Part shown: positions 1 to 9,668 of the stretch, one piece after another
Layout: each line of letters begins with the position of its first letter
How positions within the stretch are numbered: the stretch's first letter is position 1
Source: an uncultured Verrucomicrobiae bacterium
GTDB taxonomy: Bacteria; Verrucomicrobiota; Verrucomicrobiia; Limisphaerales; JAFGQR01
Reading direction: 5' to 3'
DNA: 64,000 nucleotides
Assembly (NCBI GenBank): GCA_963788655.1
Contig: CAWBHS010000081.1
Span: 1-64,000 of the forward strand
Notes under the pieces: generated by a model
What the model was told of the DNA's origin: nothing
Seen by the model: the letters and a program-made list of their open reading frames with translations, nothing else
The model's database searches: none
Translations under genes and position numbers: made by a program

Positions 1-1933
1 CATCTCGGCACCCAACAAAAAGGCGACGCCATTGAATCGCGGTGGCGGCTGACCGCCTCCGGCACAACCGCTGAGGTGACCTATGTTTATCGGTTGTGGA
101 ACAAATCCCTCGTCATTGATGTCCTGGCGGCCGGCGGTGGAATTGGAGAGGTACACTTTGGCCGGGTTGCGGGATTGGACCACCCGCAGTTGGTGACCGA
201 TCCAGTTTGTCCGGGCCAAAGGCGGACGCCCGGCGGTGGGGGTTTGGGGTTCACCAACGCACCACTATTCCTGATGGGCAACGTGGATTGGTATCGCTCG
301 AATGGTTCGATTTTGTGGGCGGCCAACTCCGTTTCGGAACAAGGCGCGGTTTACAATGGCGGCACCCGCTACATGCCGCTTACGAACGGAAGCGTAACGA
401 TTGCTACGAACGTTTCTTTATCACCGTCGCGCCGCGTTACGAGGAAATGCTGCCCGACTCCCGAATCCGAACTCGCCCTGGAAACAGATCACCGGCACGC
501 AACTGTGGCGGGCGCACGGGGCTACCAATCGCGAGCGTGACGCTGCCCACTGGACCAAGTCCATCGCTAGGGCATGACGCAGGTCGTCGTCACCGACCAC
601 GAACCGGCTGGCGCGACGGCGGGGAGAGCTTCACCTTCCGCACCCGCGCCGCGCCGGGCAAAGGCGGCGACAAGGGCCAGTACGACTACGCCCGCATGAT
701 GCAGGAAAGCTGGGTTTCGCTACGGGCCCTACAACAACTACACCGACTTCGCGCCGGTCAACGAGTACTGGAACCCCGACATGGTCAGCCGCACGCCGGA
801 CAACCAGCTCCAACCGCCTGGACGCGCTGTTACGCGCCCAAGCCCGCCCGGGCGGTGGAGTATTGCGCCCGGCTGGCACCGCGATCGACCAGAAGTTCCA
901 TTTCAGCACCGCCTACTGCGACGTGCATACCGCGGTCGCGCCGTGGCACCGCGTGGACTACGACGCGCGCGTGCCGGGGGCCGGCACCTTCGCGGCGGTC
1001 TTCTATGCCTACGGCGAAATCATGCTGCTGCAGAAGGGGCCTGGGGCGGCCCGGTCTACTCCGAGGGCAACACCACTGGTACTACAGCGGGCTGACCGAC
1101 GGCAACTACGCCCAGGACCAACGCTACGACCGGCGGACAACCCCTGGCTGGTGGACTTCGACCTCCGCCGGATGCACGAGCTGTGCTGCAACTTTGGCAT
1201 GGGCAATCCCGGATGTTCTTCGCCAACGATACCCACGCGATGGAGGGCGAAGCCTGGATGGACCGCTTCCTGGCGGCCACCGTGGCCTTCGGCACCCGGG
1301 CTTTCTCGCTAATGAGGGCGGTCTGCCGAACGCGCTGCGAAGCTACTATATGCTCCAGCAGCTCACAGTCGCCTACGCCTCGCCAGCGTCGCCGACATCC
1401 GCTACGCCGACGCCGAGGGGAAGTTGCTGGACACTTCCGCCGCGGTGGCTAGCGGGCTTACCGGCGATCACAAATCGTCACGCGATACAGCGACGGCACG
1501 ATGACCGCCGCCAACGGCAGCAAACGGAGCGCATGAAGGTCCAAGCGTACGGACGGGATCTCGATCTGCCGCCGAACGGTTACGCCGGGTGGACGGAGGA
1601 CGGGCAGATCGAAGTCCTCAGCAGCGATCCTCGAGGGCACCGTTGCGACTACGCCGCGACGCCCGCCTATCTGTTCATCGATGGCCGCGGGCAGTTCGTG
1701 CGTTTCCCGAAAGCAGCCGGCAACGACATCGGCATCTGCCGGATGCTACCGGACGGCCAACAGAAATCCTGCTCTACAACAACGCCGAGTGCGGCTTTGC
1801 CATCACGGCTTCGTCGGCGATGGCTTTGGACAAAGAAGGCCAAGAAATGGGTCCGGCCGCATTGCGCACTGCGCGCGGATTGACTTACGTCATGCCAGTG
1901 AAAGGCGCGTTCAGTTATTTGCTCAAAAAGTAG
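1..1933 (+). CDS. 3' part of a large hypothetical protein (possibly glycoside-hydrolase-like), broken by many frameshifts
   Basis: Coherent protein-like segments switch frames across ORFs 76..540, 781..1095, 863..1312, 1183..1452, 207..1883 and 1589..1933 (e.g. FHFSTAYCDVHTAVAPW, GPVYSEGN, LRSYYMLQQL, YVMPVKGAFSYLLKK*). Starts before the window. Confidence 0.6.
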
Positions 1934-1954
1934 GACCGGCGTCCCGCCTGTCCC
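1930..1954. repeat. REP-like palindrome family C (GTAGGAC.GGCGTCCCGCCTGTC)
   Basis: Same motif at 9627..9652 and twice in 26136..26323. Its GTAG supplies the TAG stop of the upstream ORF. Confidence 0.7.
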
Positions 1955-2012
1955 GAACAGCCATAGGGCGTGCAATTTTTCTTGGCGTCTTTGAGTTAGC
2001 GGTGATCGAACA

Positions 2013-2160
2013 TCGCGCAGCGTCTGGATGCGTGGAGCTTGCTCCCGCTTTGGTGAGGTGTTGCACGTACGCAAAGCAGTGAACCGTGCCTCAGACAATC
2101 GTTCGTTTCTTGACCGCCGAAAGCGCCGGCAAGCCGGATGCACTCCAAACGCTGGCGCGA
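2013..2160. repeat. REP-like inverted-repeat element family A (CGCGCAGCGTTTGGAGTGCG ... GCACTCCAAACGCTGGCGCG)
   Basis: Imperfect inverted arms. Homologous copies at 9419..9566 and 45911..46061. Confidence 0.85.
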
Positions 2161-2390
2161 GTCACGGCGCACCGTTTCAAAGCGAGTAAAATCTCCCCCA
2201 AAATCGCCCTTCATCGCTTTGCATTTTCTTGCTGCATTTCGCATTTCAAACTGCAAGAGTGTTCGGGCAATGAATCGCAAGACAATGGCCGCCGTCCTTA
2301 CGGGCGCGTTTTCTGACATCACGGTCCACTTCGAACCGCGCGACGTGTTCGCGCCCCGCCCCTGACCCGCAAGGCGATCCGTTCTACGGG

Positions 2391-4463
2391 ATGCCGCGCG
2401 AGCGGCTTCGTAACTTCGGCATCATTGCGCACATCGATGCCGGGAAGACGACGACCACGGAAAACTTGCTGCGCTTCGCCAAGGTCATCCACCAAACGGG
2501 CACGGTGGACGAAGGCAACACGACCACCGACGATTACCTCCTGGAACAGCGCAAGGGTATCACGATCTTCAGCGCAGCCATCACCTGCCAGTGGCGCGAC
2601 TGCATGCTCAACCTGATCGACACGCCGGGACATGTGGATTTCACCGCCGAAGTCGAGCGTTCGCTGCGCGTTCTCGATGGGGCGGTGGTGGTCTTTGATG
2701 CGGTGTCAGGCGTCGAGGCTCAAACCGAGACGGTGTGGCGTCAGGCCAACCATTATGCCGTGCCGCGGCTGTGTTTCCTTAACAAAATGGACCGGGTGGG
2801 CGCCCGCTTCGAGGCAAGTCTGGAGTCCATTCGTCGTCGGCTCGATGGCCGGCCAGTGGTCTTGACGATGCCCGCCGGCGCGGAGGCCGGATTCGCGGGC
2901 GTCATCGACGTGCTACGAATGAAGCGCCTGCGCTTCGATCCGACGACCGAGGGGGCGACGATCATTGAAGACGAGGTCCCGCCGGAACAGGCCGAAGAAG
3001 CGGCGCGTTACCGCGCGGAAGCCACGGAAGCGGCGGCGGAGGCGGACGAGGAACTCATGGACAAGTTCATCGAGAACCAGCCCCTGACCCTTGACGAGAT
3101 CAAGCGCGGATTGCGCAAGGCGACGTTGGCGTGCCGTATTCAGCCCACGTTTGCCGGCGCCGCAAGGTTGCACGCGGGGGTGCAGCCGGTGATCGATGGC
3201 ATCGTCGATTTCCTCCCATCGCCACTGGATGTTCCGATCATTGAAGGACGCGATCCCGAGGGTAATCCAGCCCGCCGTGACCTGCGAACGGACACGCATC
3301 TTTGTGCGCTGGCGTTCAAAACGAGCACGGATCAGCATGGCGAGTTGACGTTTCTGCGCATCTACTCCGGTTCGCTGCACCGGGGCGACCGGCTTTACAA
3401 TCCGCGCGCCGGCCAGCCGGAACGTCCGCTCCGGCTTTACCGTATGTTTGCCAATCACCGTCGGGATGCGATTGAGGTGGCGGGACCGGGCGAAATCGTG
3501 ACCGTCGTGGGACTCAAATCCACTGTAACGGGCGACACACTATGCGACAAACGGTGGCCGATTCTCCTGGAGACGATGCACTTTCCCGAGCCGGTGTTGC
3601 AGGTCGCCATCGAGCCCAAGTCGAGCGCGGACCGTGACAAGTTGAACACAGTCCTCCATTGGCTGGCGAAAGATGATCCGACCTTTCGGGTGGCGAAGCA
3701 CGCGGATACCGGGCAGACCATGCTGCAATGCATGGGCGAATTGCACGCCGAGGTAATCCTGTTCCGAATCACAAACGACTTCAAAGTGGCCGCGACACTG
3801 CGTGAACCGCAGGTGGCCTACAAGGAAATGCCCCAAACGTCCGCCGAGGGCGAAGCAACGTGCGCGGTCAAACTCGGCGATAAAAGCGTGTTCGGGCACG
3901 TGCGCGTCCGGGTGACTCCCTCGACGCAGCAAGTGGCACCTCGCGTGATCGAGGACTTTCCCAACGACGTGACGCGGAAAGCCCTGGCGCGTTTTCTGCC
4001 GGCAATCAGAGCCGGTTTACTCAGCGAAGCGGGCAGCGGTCCGGTGGCCGGTTATCCGTTGATTTACTCGGAACTTCGGCTGCTCGGGGGAACCGTCACC
4101 ACCGAAAGCGCGGACGCCGCTTACAGTTCGGCCGCCGCCAACGCGGTTCGCCAGGCGGTGGCGCAGACCAAGGCGACGATCGTCGAGCCGCAAATGACCT
4201 TCGCGGTGACGGGGCCGGAACAAGCGGTTGGCAACATCGTCAGCGATCTCAACCGTCGCGGCGCCAGCATCAGCGATATTCAATCCATCGAGGGCAACCG
4301 CAAGGTGGTGCGGGGCACGGTCCCGTTGTCGCAGATGTTTGGCTACGCGACCACCATCCGCTCCCTCACGGGTGGCTTGGGTTCCTACACCTTGGAACCG
4401 TTCGATTATCGACCCTTGGCGGAAAGCGAATACCAGCGGCGCTTCGGTTATGGTTCATCGTGA
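2391..4463 (+). CDS. fusA: Elongation factor G paralog (canonical G-domain, divergent domain IV)
   Basis: AHIDAGKTTTTE, KGITI, DTPGHVDF and NKMD motifs; 690 aa with EF-G domain layout; C-terminal VPLSQMFGYATTIRSLTGG. Not in the rpsL-rpsG operon. Confidence 0.92.
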   Translation: MPRERLRNFGIIAHIDAGKTTTTENLLRFAKVIHQTGTVDEGNTTTDDYLLEQRKGITIFSAAITCQWRDCMLNLIDTPGHVDFTAEVERSLRVLDGAVVVFDAVSGVEAQTETVWRQANHYAVPRLCFLNKMDRVGARFEASLESIRRRLDGRPVVLTMPAGAEAGFAGVIDVLRMKRLRFDPTTEGATIIEDEVPPEQAEEAARYRAEATEAAAEADEELMDKFIENQPLTLDEIKRGLRKATLACRIQPTFAGAARLHAGVQPVIDGIVDFLPSPLDVPIIEGRDPEGNPARRDLRTDTHLCALAFKTSTDQHGELTFLRIYSGSLHRGDRLYNPRAGQPERPLRLYRMFANHRRDAIEVAGPGEIVTVVGLKSTVTGDTLCDKRWPILLETMHFPEPVLQVAIEPKSSADRDKLNTVLHWLAKDDPTFRVAKHADTGQTMLQCMGELHAEVILFRITNDFKVAATLREPQVAYKEMPQTSAEGEATCAVKLGDKSVFGHVRVRVTPSTQQVAPRVIEDFPNDVTRKALARFLPAIRAGLLSEAGSGPVAGYPLIYSELRLLGGTVTTESADAAYSSAAANAVRQAVAQTKATIVEPQMTFAVTGPEQAVGNIVSDLNRRGASISDIQSIEGNRKVVRGTVPLSQMFGYATTIRSLTGGLGSYTLEPFDYRPLAESEYQRRFGYGSS

Positions 4464-4504
4464 CGGCGGAAAGCGCCTTAACCGTCACTATGCATTTGCG
4501 TGTC

Positions 4505-4650
4505 GGGAGCGGGCCCGCCTCGGGCGCTACCAACCGGCGCCCTCGCCGGTTGGTCCGGTGGCCGAGACGTCATTGAATCGTGAGGCTACTCGGATATTCG
4601 AACGTGGTTGGCGAGGCGCCAACCACGGCGCCCGAGGCGGGCGCGCTCCC
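4505..4650. repeat. REP-like inverted-repeat element family B (GGGAGCGGGCCCGCCTCGGGCGC ... GCGCCCGAGGCGGGCGCGCTCCC)
   Basis: Inverted arms with internal hairpins. Homologs at 28953..29102 and a half-copy at 31119..31163. Confidence 0.85.
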
Positions 4651-4682
4651 CGTTCGAACTAAATCAGGACGGCTTTTACATT

Positions 4683-5570
4683 ATGCTGAAACTGGAATAC
4701 CTGGCTGAGTTGGTGGAGACGAATCGAGAAGCGCTGTCCGCGACGGTCAAAGAATTTTCCCTGGACGGCCGCGTTTTTGCCTTCAATACCCGTCCCGCAT
4801 TGATGGGCGTGGTCAACCTTTCCGCCGATTCATGGTATCGGGAAAGTGTTTGTCTTTCCACTGAACAAGCCGTGCAACGAGCCCTCGTGCTGACGGCGCA
4901 GGGAGCGGACTTGGTGGACGTGGGCGCCGAGTCCACGCTGGCGCAAGCGGCACGAGTTGATGCGGCGGGGCAAACGTCCCGGTTGCTGCCGGTGATTGCG
5001 GCGTTGCGGCAGGCGAACGTGCTGGTATCCGCGGAAACCTATCAGCCGGCGGTCGCCCGGGCCTGTTTGGAGGCGGGGGCCAAGGTGCTCAATCTTACTG
5101 GCAGCGATCACGGCAACGAAATCTATCGGATGGCTGCCGATCATGCGGCAGCCGTTATTATCTGTTACGTCCAGGGGCCCAATGTTCGCGAGGTAAGCGA
5201 TTTTGACTTCGGGGCGGATCCGGTGGCTGGGATGTATGAATACTTTGCCCGCCAGATCGAAACCGCCTCCCAGCAGGGCGTGGAGCGTATCGTGATTGAT
5301 CCGGGCCTGGGTTTCTATTACCGCAATCTCCAAGACAGCGCGGTGCGGGTTCGGCACCAAATGACGGTGTTCCTGAGCAGCTTTCGGCTGCGGTCGTTGG
5401 GCGTTCCGATTTGTCAGGCCTTGCCGCATGCGTTCGAGTTCTTTGGCGAGGAAGTGCGCTGTGCGGAACCATTCTTTGCGGTGCTGGCGGCGTTAGGGCG
5501 CACTGATTTATTTCGCACTCACGAAGTGGCCCGCACCAAAGCGGTGCTGGAGACACTCCAGGTTTTTTGA
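4683..5570 (+). CDS. folP: Dihydropteroate synthase-like pterin-binding protein
   Basis: LMGVVNLSADS, GADLVDVGAEST, IVIDPGLGF and FRTHEV motifs. ATG at 4683 chosen because the upstream in-frame extension is repeat sequence. Confidence 0.8.
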   Translation: MLKLEYLAELVETNREALSATVKEFSLDGRVFAFNTRPALMGVVNLSADSWYRESVCLSTEQAVQRALVLTAQGADLVDVGAESTLAQAARVDAAGQTSRLLPVIAALRQANVLVSAETYQPAVARACLEAGAKVLNLTGSDHGNEIYRMAADHAAAVIICYVQGPNVREVSDFDFGADPVAGMYEYFARQIETASQQGVERIVIDPGLGFYYRNLQDSAVRVRHQMTVFLSSFRLRSLGVPICQALPHAFEFFGEEVRCAEPFFAVLAALGRTDLFRTHEVARTKAVLETLQVF

Positions 5571-5641
5571 GGCGCGAGGATAAGGTGGAATGCAGGGGTG
5601 TTGGGCGAAGGCTTTGGGTAATGACCAAGGAACCAATACTC

Positions 5642-7284
5642 AGCTCTGTAGCAAAATTTGTGGGTGGATTTGAAACAGCGGCTGTGAAAAAGGAAAAAGG
5701 TGCGTGGCCGGAGTGAGCGATCTGCTGGCGGGACAAACGAAGCGTGTGGGAGGCTCGACCGGTTGAGGGGAGGCCCGCCGACTGGGTCCCTTTGCGCACG
5801 ATCTGAGCCGCGCTTGGGATGCGCAAGACCGGCTCCGATCGGCGCCTATCCCAGTCGGCGACCCTCCCCTCAACCTGGCGCTGGTGGTCGAGACCAGCCG
5901 CTGAGACTACGGGGCGGACGTGCGTGGCAAAAAAGAATAGCTGATCCCCTTGTGCGCCGATTAGTTTGCAGCTTGCAAACAAAACAAACCATCGACCCGG
6001 AGACCAGCTATTCAACTCGAAGTTAAAACCATCCTGAACCGGATACAACGTTTTGCGGGGTTCGTTTACAAGGAGGTCCGGCTCCTGTGCGAGCGCGACA
6101 AGCTGCGCGTTGAGATTACCCTGGAGGCGCATCAAGGGCGGTGCGGCCGGTGCTCGAAGTGCCGAGAGCCGGCGCCAGGTTACGACCGACTGCCGGAACG
6201 AACCTGGCTCTTTGTGCCGCTGTGGGGCATTAAAACCGAATTCCTCTATGCGCCGCGGCGGGTGGAGTGTCCCACGCATGGGGTCATCGTCGAGCACATG
6301 CCGTGGAGCCGGGGCAAGAGACCGATCACCACGGCGATGATGGGATTCTTGGCGCGATGGGCGCGGCACTTGTCCTGGCGACAGACCGCCCTGGCGTTTC
6401 AGACCAGTTGGGAAGCGGTCTATCGTTCGGTCGAGTGGTTCGTGGAGTGGGGGTTGGCCCACCGTCAGATTGAAGGGGTCCAATCCCTTGGCGTCGACGA
6501 GATCCATTGGGGCCAAGGCAAGCGGGCGGAGCAATTCCTGACCGTCATCTACCAGATCGACCAGCACTGTCGGCGGCTGTTGTGGGTGGGGCGCCGACGC
6601 ACGCAGGCCACGCTGCGCCGGGGCTTTGAGGCGTTGGGGCCGACGGTGCTCAGCGGCGTGCGCTTTGTCTGCAGTGACATGTGGCGGGCCTACCTGAATG
6701 TGATTGGGGCCAAGATCCCGCACGCCTTGCACGTGTTGGACCGTTTCCACATCACGATGCATTTGAATCAAGCCGTCGACCAAGTGCGCCGAGCCGAGAG
6801 TGGTCGGCTGCGGGGACGTCCCGCGGCCAAAAAGCTCAAGCACATGCGGTGGAAGTTGCTGCGCCGGGGAAATCGGGTCCGCGGCCGGGCCAAGCAAAAG
6901 CTTTGGGGACTGCTGCGCAGTAAACTGGCCACTGGGCGAGCCTGGATGCTCAAGGAAACCTTCGAGCCGTTCTGGCGCTATCGCTCTGTCACTTGGGCCA
7001 GGGCTTTTCTGGACGTCTGGACTGAACGAGCTCTGCGCAGCCGCCTTGAACCGATGGCCAAAGTGGCCAGGATGCTGCGCAACCACCAAGAGCTGCTCTT
7101 GAACTGGTTCCGCGCCAAAGGGGAACTCTCGTCCGGCCCGGTCGAGGGTCTGAACAATAAAATCCGAGTGGTGACCAGAAGATCCTACGGATTTCGCACC
7201 TACGACGCGATGGAAATAGCCTTGTATCACACGTTAGGCCGGCTCCCAGAGCCGGAAACTACCCACAGATTCTGCTGACGAGGC
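5642..7284 (+). mobile_element. ISL3-family insertion sequence, copy 1 (1643 bp)
   Basis: Imperfect 24-bp terminal IRs (AGCTCTGTAGCAAAATTTGTGGGT / rc GCCTCGTCAGCAGAATCTGTGGGT). 8-bp TSD CAATACTC at 5634..5641 and 7285..7292. Second copy at 18034..19676. Confidence 0.95.
6010..7278 (+). CDS. ISL3-family transposase (probable ATT start)
   Basis: Frame is open from ATT 6010 (IQLEVKTILNRIQRFAGFVY), with GGAG 7 nt upstream. Zn finger CSKC...CPTH; DDE motifs GVDE, SDMW, VEGLNNKI. Stop lies inside the right IR. Confidence 0.92.
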   Translation: MQLEVKTILNRIQRFAGFVYKEVRLLCERDKLRVEITLEAHQGRCGRCSKCREPAPGYDRLPERTWLFVPLWGIKTEFLYAPRRVECPTHGVIVEHMPWSRGKRPITTAMMGFLARWARHLSWRQTALAFQTSWEAVYRSVEWFVEWGLAHRQIEGVQSLGVDEIHWGQGKRAEQFLTVIYQIDQHCRRLLWVGRRRTQATLRRGFEALGPTVLSGVRFVCSDMWRAYLNVIGAKIPHALHVLDRFHITMHLNQAVDQVRRAESGRLRGRPAAKKLKHMRWKLLRRGNRVRGRAKQKLWGLLRSKLATGRAWMLKETFEPFWRYRSVTWARAFLDVWTERALRSRLEPMAKVARMLRNHQELLLNWFRAKGELSSGPVEGLNNKIRVVTRRSYGFRTYDAMEIALYHTLGRLPEPETTHRFC

Positions 7285-7396
7285 CAATACTCAATGACCA
7301 GAAAAGGCCCATTGTCCAATGCCCAACTGCCAAAAGAAGCGCTTGATAGGCTCCGCCAGCGTTAGGGCGAGCGAGAACCACGAGTGCCCGACGCCT

Positions 7397-9355
7397 TCAT
7401 TTTCCAGCGCGAATTTCGAATGGACTTGCTGTGGAAAACTCAAAGGTTCTTCCGTCTGCTTGCACCACGATGGCCGGTGATTCAACGTCGGTATTGCCCA
7501 ACGTCTTGATCTCTATGGGCGCCGGAAGCGTCTGGGAATTTCCATCCCCCATTTCCAGCGCGTGGATCAAAGTCATTCGCGGCTTGCCGGGATACGCGAA
7601 GCTGACTCGAGAAGTATCCACCATAGACGGATTGCCGGTGGACGAACTCGGACCGGCAGGCGTGCTATACGAATTCTCAATTTGCAGTGCGCTCTCCGGT
7701 TCGAGCGCCCGGCAGCGCAAATAACTCCGCGGGTTGAAAGCAGTTACAGTTGAACCGTCGATCATAGGCCGCGCCGGCACATGTAACAGCCAACGGACTT
7801 CGGGCAAGGACTTGCCGGCTGGTGCCGCGAGTTGATCCACGACCAGCACGGTGCCGGGGCGAAGAAACAGCAGTTGGCGTACGCAGCTTTGCACCACCTC
7901 GGGCCGATAAGCCTGGGCGAATTGACCTGCTACCGCCGTCCATTCTCCAGCATCGCGATAGAACAGAATGTCACCGGTTTCGAGGCCTTTCGGCAGTCGC
8001 TGCGTGAAGGCCTCCAGCGTGCTGGCGCTTTGGTATCGTTGTGACCGTTGCCCTTCGTCGCCCAGCAACAGCGTGTTGTGCGCGTCCGTGTTCATCTGGC
8101 TGCCGGCGACGTGCCGGTAGAGGCCCGCGTCCAGGGCCAACATGCCGTTGCGGTAAATAAAGAAGCTTCCCTGGTCGAGATGATGATGTTGCCCGAAGAA
8201 ATCCGTGCAGCGAAAACCAACGACCGTTGCGCCGTCATCCCAACCGCTGCGCATGAGCACGTTGCCGCCCTGTTTGGTTCCCGCAAACATGGCCAACGGC
8301 GGCGTCGCCGGCGGCACGTCCAGGTGCCGGGTGTAGAGGAAATAGAACATGGCGGTTTCACTCTCCCAACGTTTCAAAACGCGTTTGGCGGCGAGCCACT
8401 GGCTCAAATACGCCCCGTGCGGCGAGCGCAACGCCCACGTCTGCGCGTCGATCTTCGCGGCCATTTCGCGCGTCACGCCACCATTCGGACCGGCCACGAT
8501 GTCGCCCCAAGGAGCAAACCGCATGTCCGGCAAAACGCTTTGCACCAGGAACTCCAACTGCCGGTTGAGCCAATCGCCATGCTCGCGGCGAAGCGTTCCC
8601 ATCACATCCGTTTCGAACGCGCTCTGCGCCGCCAGCAGCACCAGCACCGCGGAATCCTCACAATACAGCCACCAGTAACCCGCGGAGTCTCCATTCGCCC
8701 CGTCGAGATATTCCATGGCGCGGAACAGTTGGTGATTGAAGCGGTCAGTCAAACCAGCCAGCAACTGGTCGGACGCCGAATCCTCACCCGCTGTGGCCAG
8801 GGCCCAGAGCATGGCGCCGCCGTTGAACATCCAGATGTAATTGTGGAATACGTGGTCGTTGCCCAAAGCAAAAGCATTCTCGACCAACGGCTGCACGCGA
8901 CGCCGGAGGTCGGCTTTGGCGGCTTCGTCGAAGGCCGGATAATCGTGCAACCAGTCATACGCCAGGGCCAGGTCGATGCAGGTGAAATAGACGTTGAACG
9001 GATCGTTCATCGCCTTTTTGTCCCGCGGCGACCGCCAGGAGTTCATAAGAGCCACCGCACGGTCGGCGGCTTCATTTTTGCCGGTCAAGTGATAGACCAG
9101 CGCCAAGGCAGCGGCGCGGGGCGGTCGGAGGTTTTCCAGTTGGCGTAGTAGTGACTGATAATCCGCGTCGTGCGGTAAGGACTTTAATTGCGGCAACGAA
9201 ATCGCATAGGGCGTTTGGAGCGGACGCAAGAGAAGGCGCGGTCGGTTTTGCTTCAGACCGGTGGCCGGTGGAATCAAATCAGTCGGCGCCGCTTCGAGGG
9301 CGAGCGGCAGGACAAGCACCGATAGCAGCACAAGTGTGGAAGCGAAGCGCATCAT
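7397..9355 (-). CDS. Secreted heparinase II/III-like polysaccharide lyase family protein
   Basis: Signal peptide (MMRFASTLVLL...LEA), LALAYDWL, MRSGW, HHHLDQGSF, LALDAG and AHNTLL motifs. Confidence 0.8.
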   Translation of the reverse strand: MMRFASTLVLLSVLVLPLALEAAPTDLIPPATGLKQNRPRLLLRPLQTPYAISLPQLKSLPHDADYQSLLRQLENLRPPRAAALALVYHLTGKNEAADRAVALMNSWRSPRDKKAMNDPFNVYFTCIDLALAYDWLHDYPAFDEAAKADLRRRVQPLVENAFALGNDHVFHNYIWMFNGGAMLWALATAGEDSASDQLLAGLTDRFNHQLFRAMEYLDGANGDSAGYWWLYCEDSAVLVLLAAQSAFETDVMGTLRREHGDWLNRQLEFLVQSVLPDMRFAPWGDIVAGPNGGVTREMAAKIDAQTWALRSPHGAYLSQWLAAKRVLKRWESETAMFYFLYTRHLDVPPATPPLAMFAGTKQGGNVLMRSGWDDGATVVGFRCTDFFGQHHHLDQGSFFIYRNGMLALDAGLYRHVAGSQMNTDAHNTLLLGDEGQRSQRYQSASTLEAFTQRLPKGLETGDILFYRDAGEWTAVAGQFAQAYRPEVVQSCVRQLLFLRPGTVLVVDQLAAPAGKSLPEVRWLLHVPARPMIDGSTVTAFNPRSYLRCRALEPESALQIENSYSTPAGPSSSTGNPSMVDTSRVSFAYPGKPRMTLIHALEMGDGNSQTLPAPIEIKTLGNTDVESPAIVVQADGRTFEFSTASPFEIRAGK

Positions 9356-9418
9356 AACGGAGTGGCTTAAGGATCTTCTACTTTGTGACAACGTCATTAT
9401 CGAGCAGCCCATAATTGG

Positions 9419-9566
9419 TCGCGCCAGCGTTTGGAGTGCGACCGGCTTGCCGGCGCTTTCGCCCGAAACGGAACACGCTGTACAGTCAGGTACGCTGCTC
9501 TTTCTTCAGCGGCGCTATCTCCGTCGAAAGCGGGAGCAAGCTCCACGCACTCCAAAGGCTTCGCGA
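9419..9566. repeat. REP-like element family A
   Basis: Homologous to 2013..2160 and 45911..46061. Confidence 0.85.
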
Positions 9567-9626
9567 TTTTCGACGGATACTGGCCAATAGACGTTTCAAA
9601 AAAGATCGGGAGTCTTATGGCCATTC

Positions 9627-9652
9627 GGGACAGGCGGGACGCCTGTCCTACC
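9627..9652. repeat. REP-like palindrome family C
   Basis: GGGACAGGCGGGACGCCTGTCCTACC, reverse complement of the motif at 1930. Confidence 0.7.
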
Positions 9653-9668
9653 TGTCCCGTGCCAGCGT

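Noticed and set aside
2391..4463. TetM/TetO ribosomal protection protein
   Set aside because: Length and motifs match EF-G (HIDAGKTTTTE, VPLSQMFGY), and the TetM-type YSPVST loop is not seen.
5700..6026. 108-aa ORF in the IS leader as a passenger gene
   Set aside because: Low-complexity Arg/Gly/Pro sequence arising from the hairpin region; no family features.
5158..7230. 690-aa antisense ORF (and the 546-aa equivalent at 18088..19728)
   Set aside because: Shadow of the transposase strand; it crosses the IS boundary and has no recognisable motifs.
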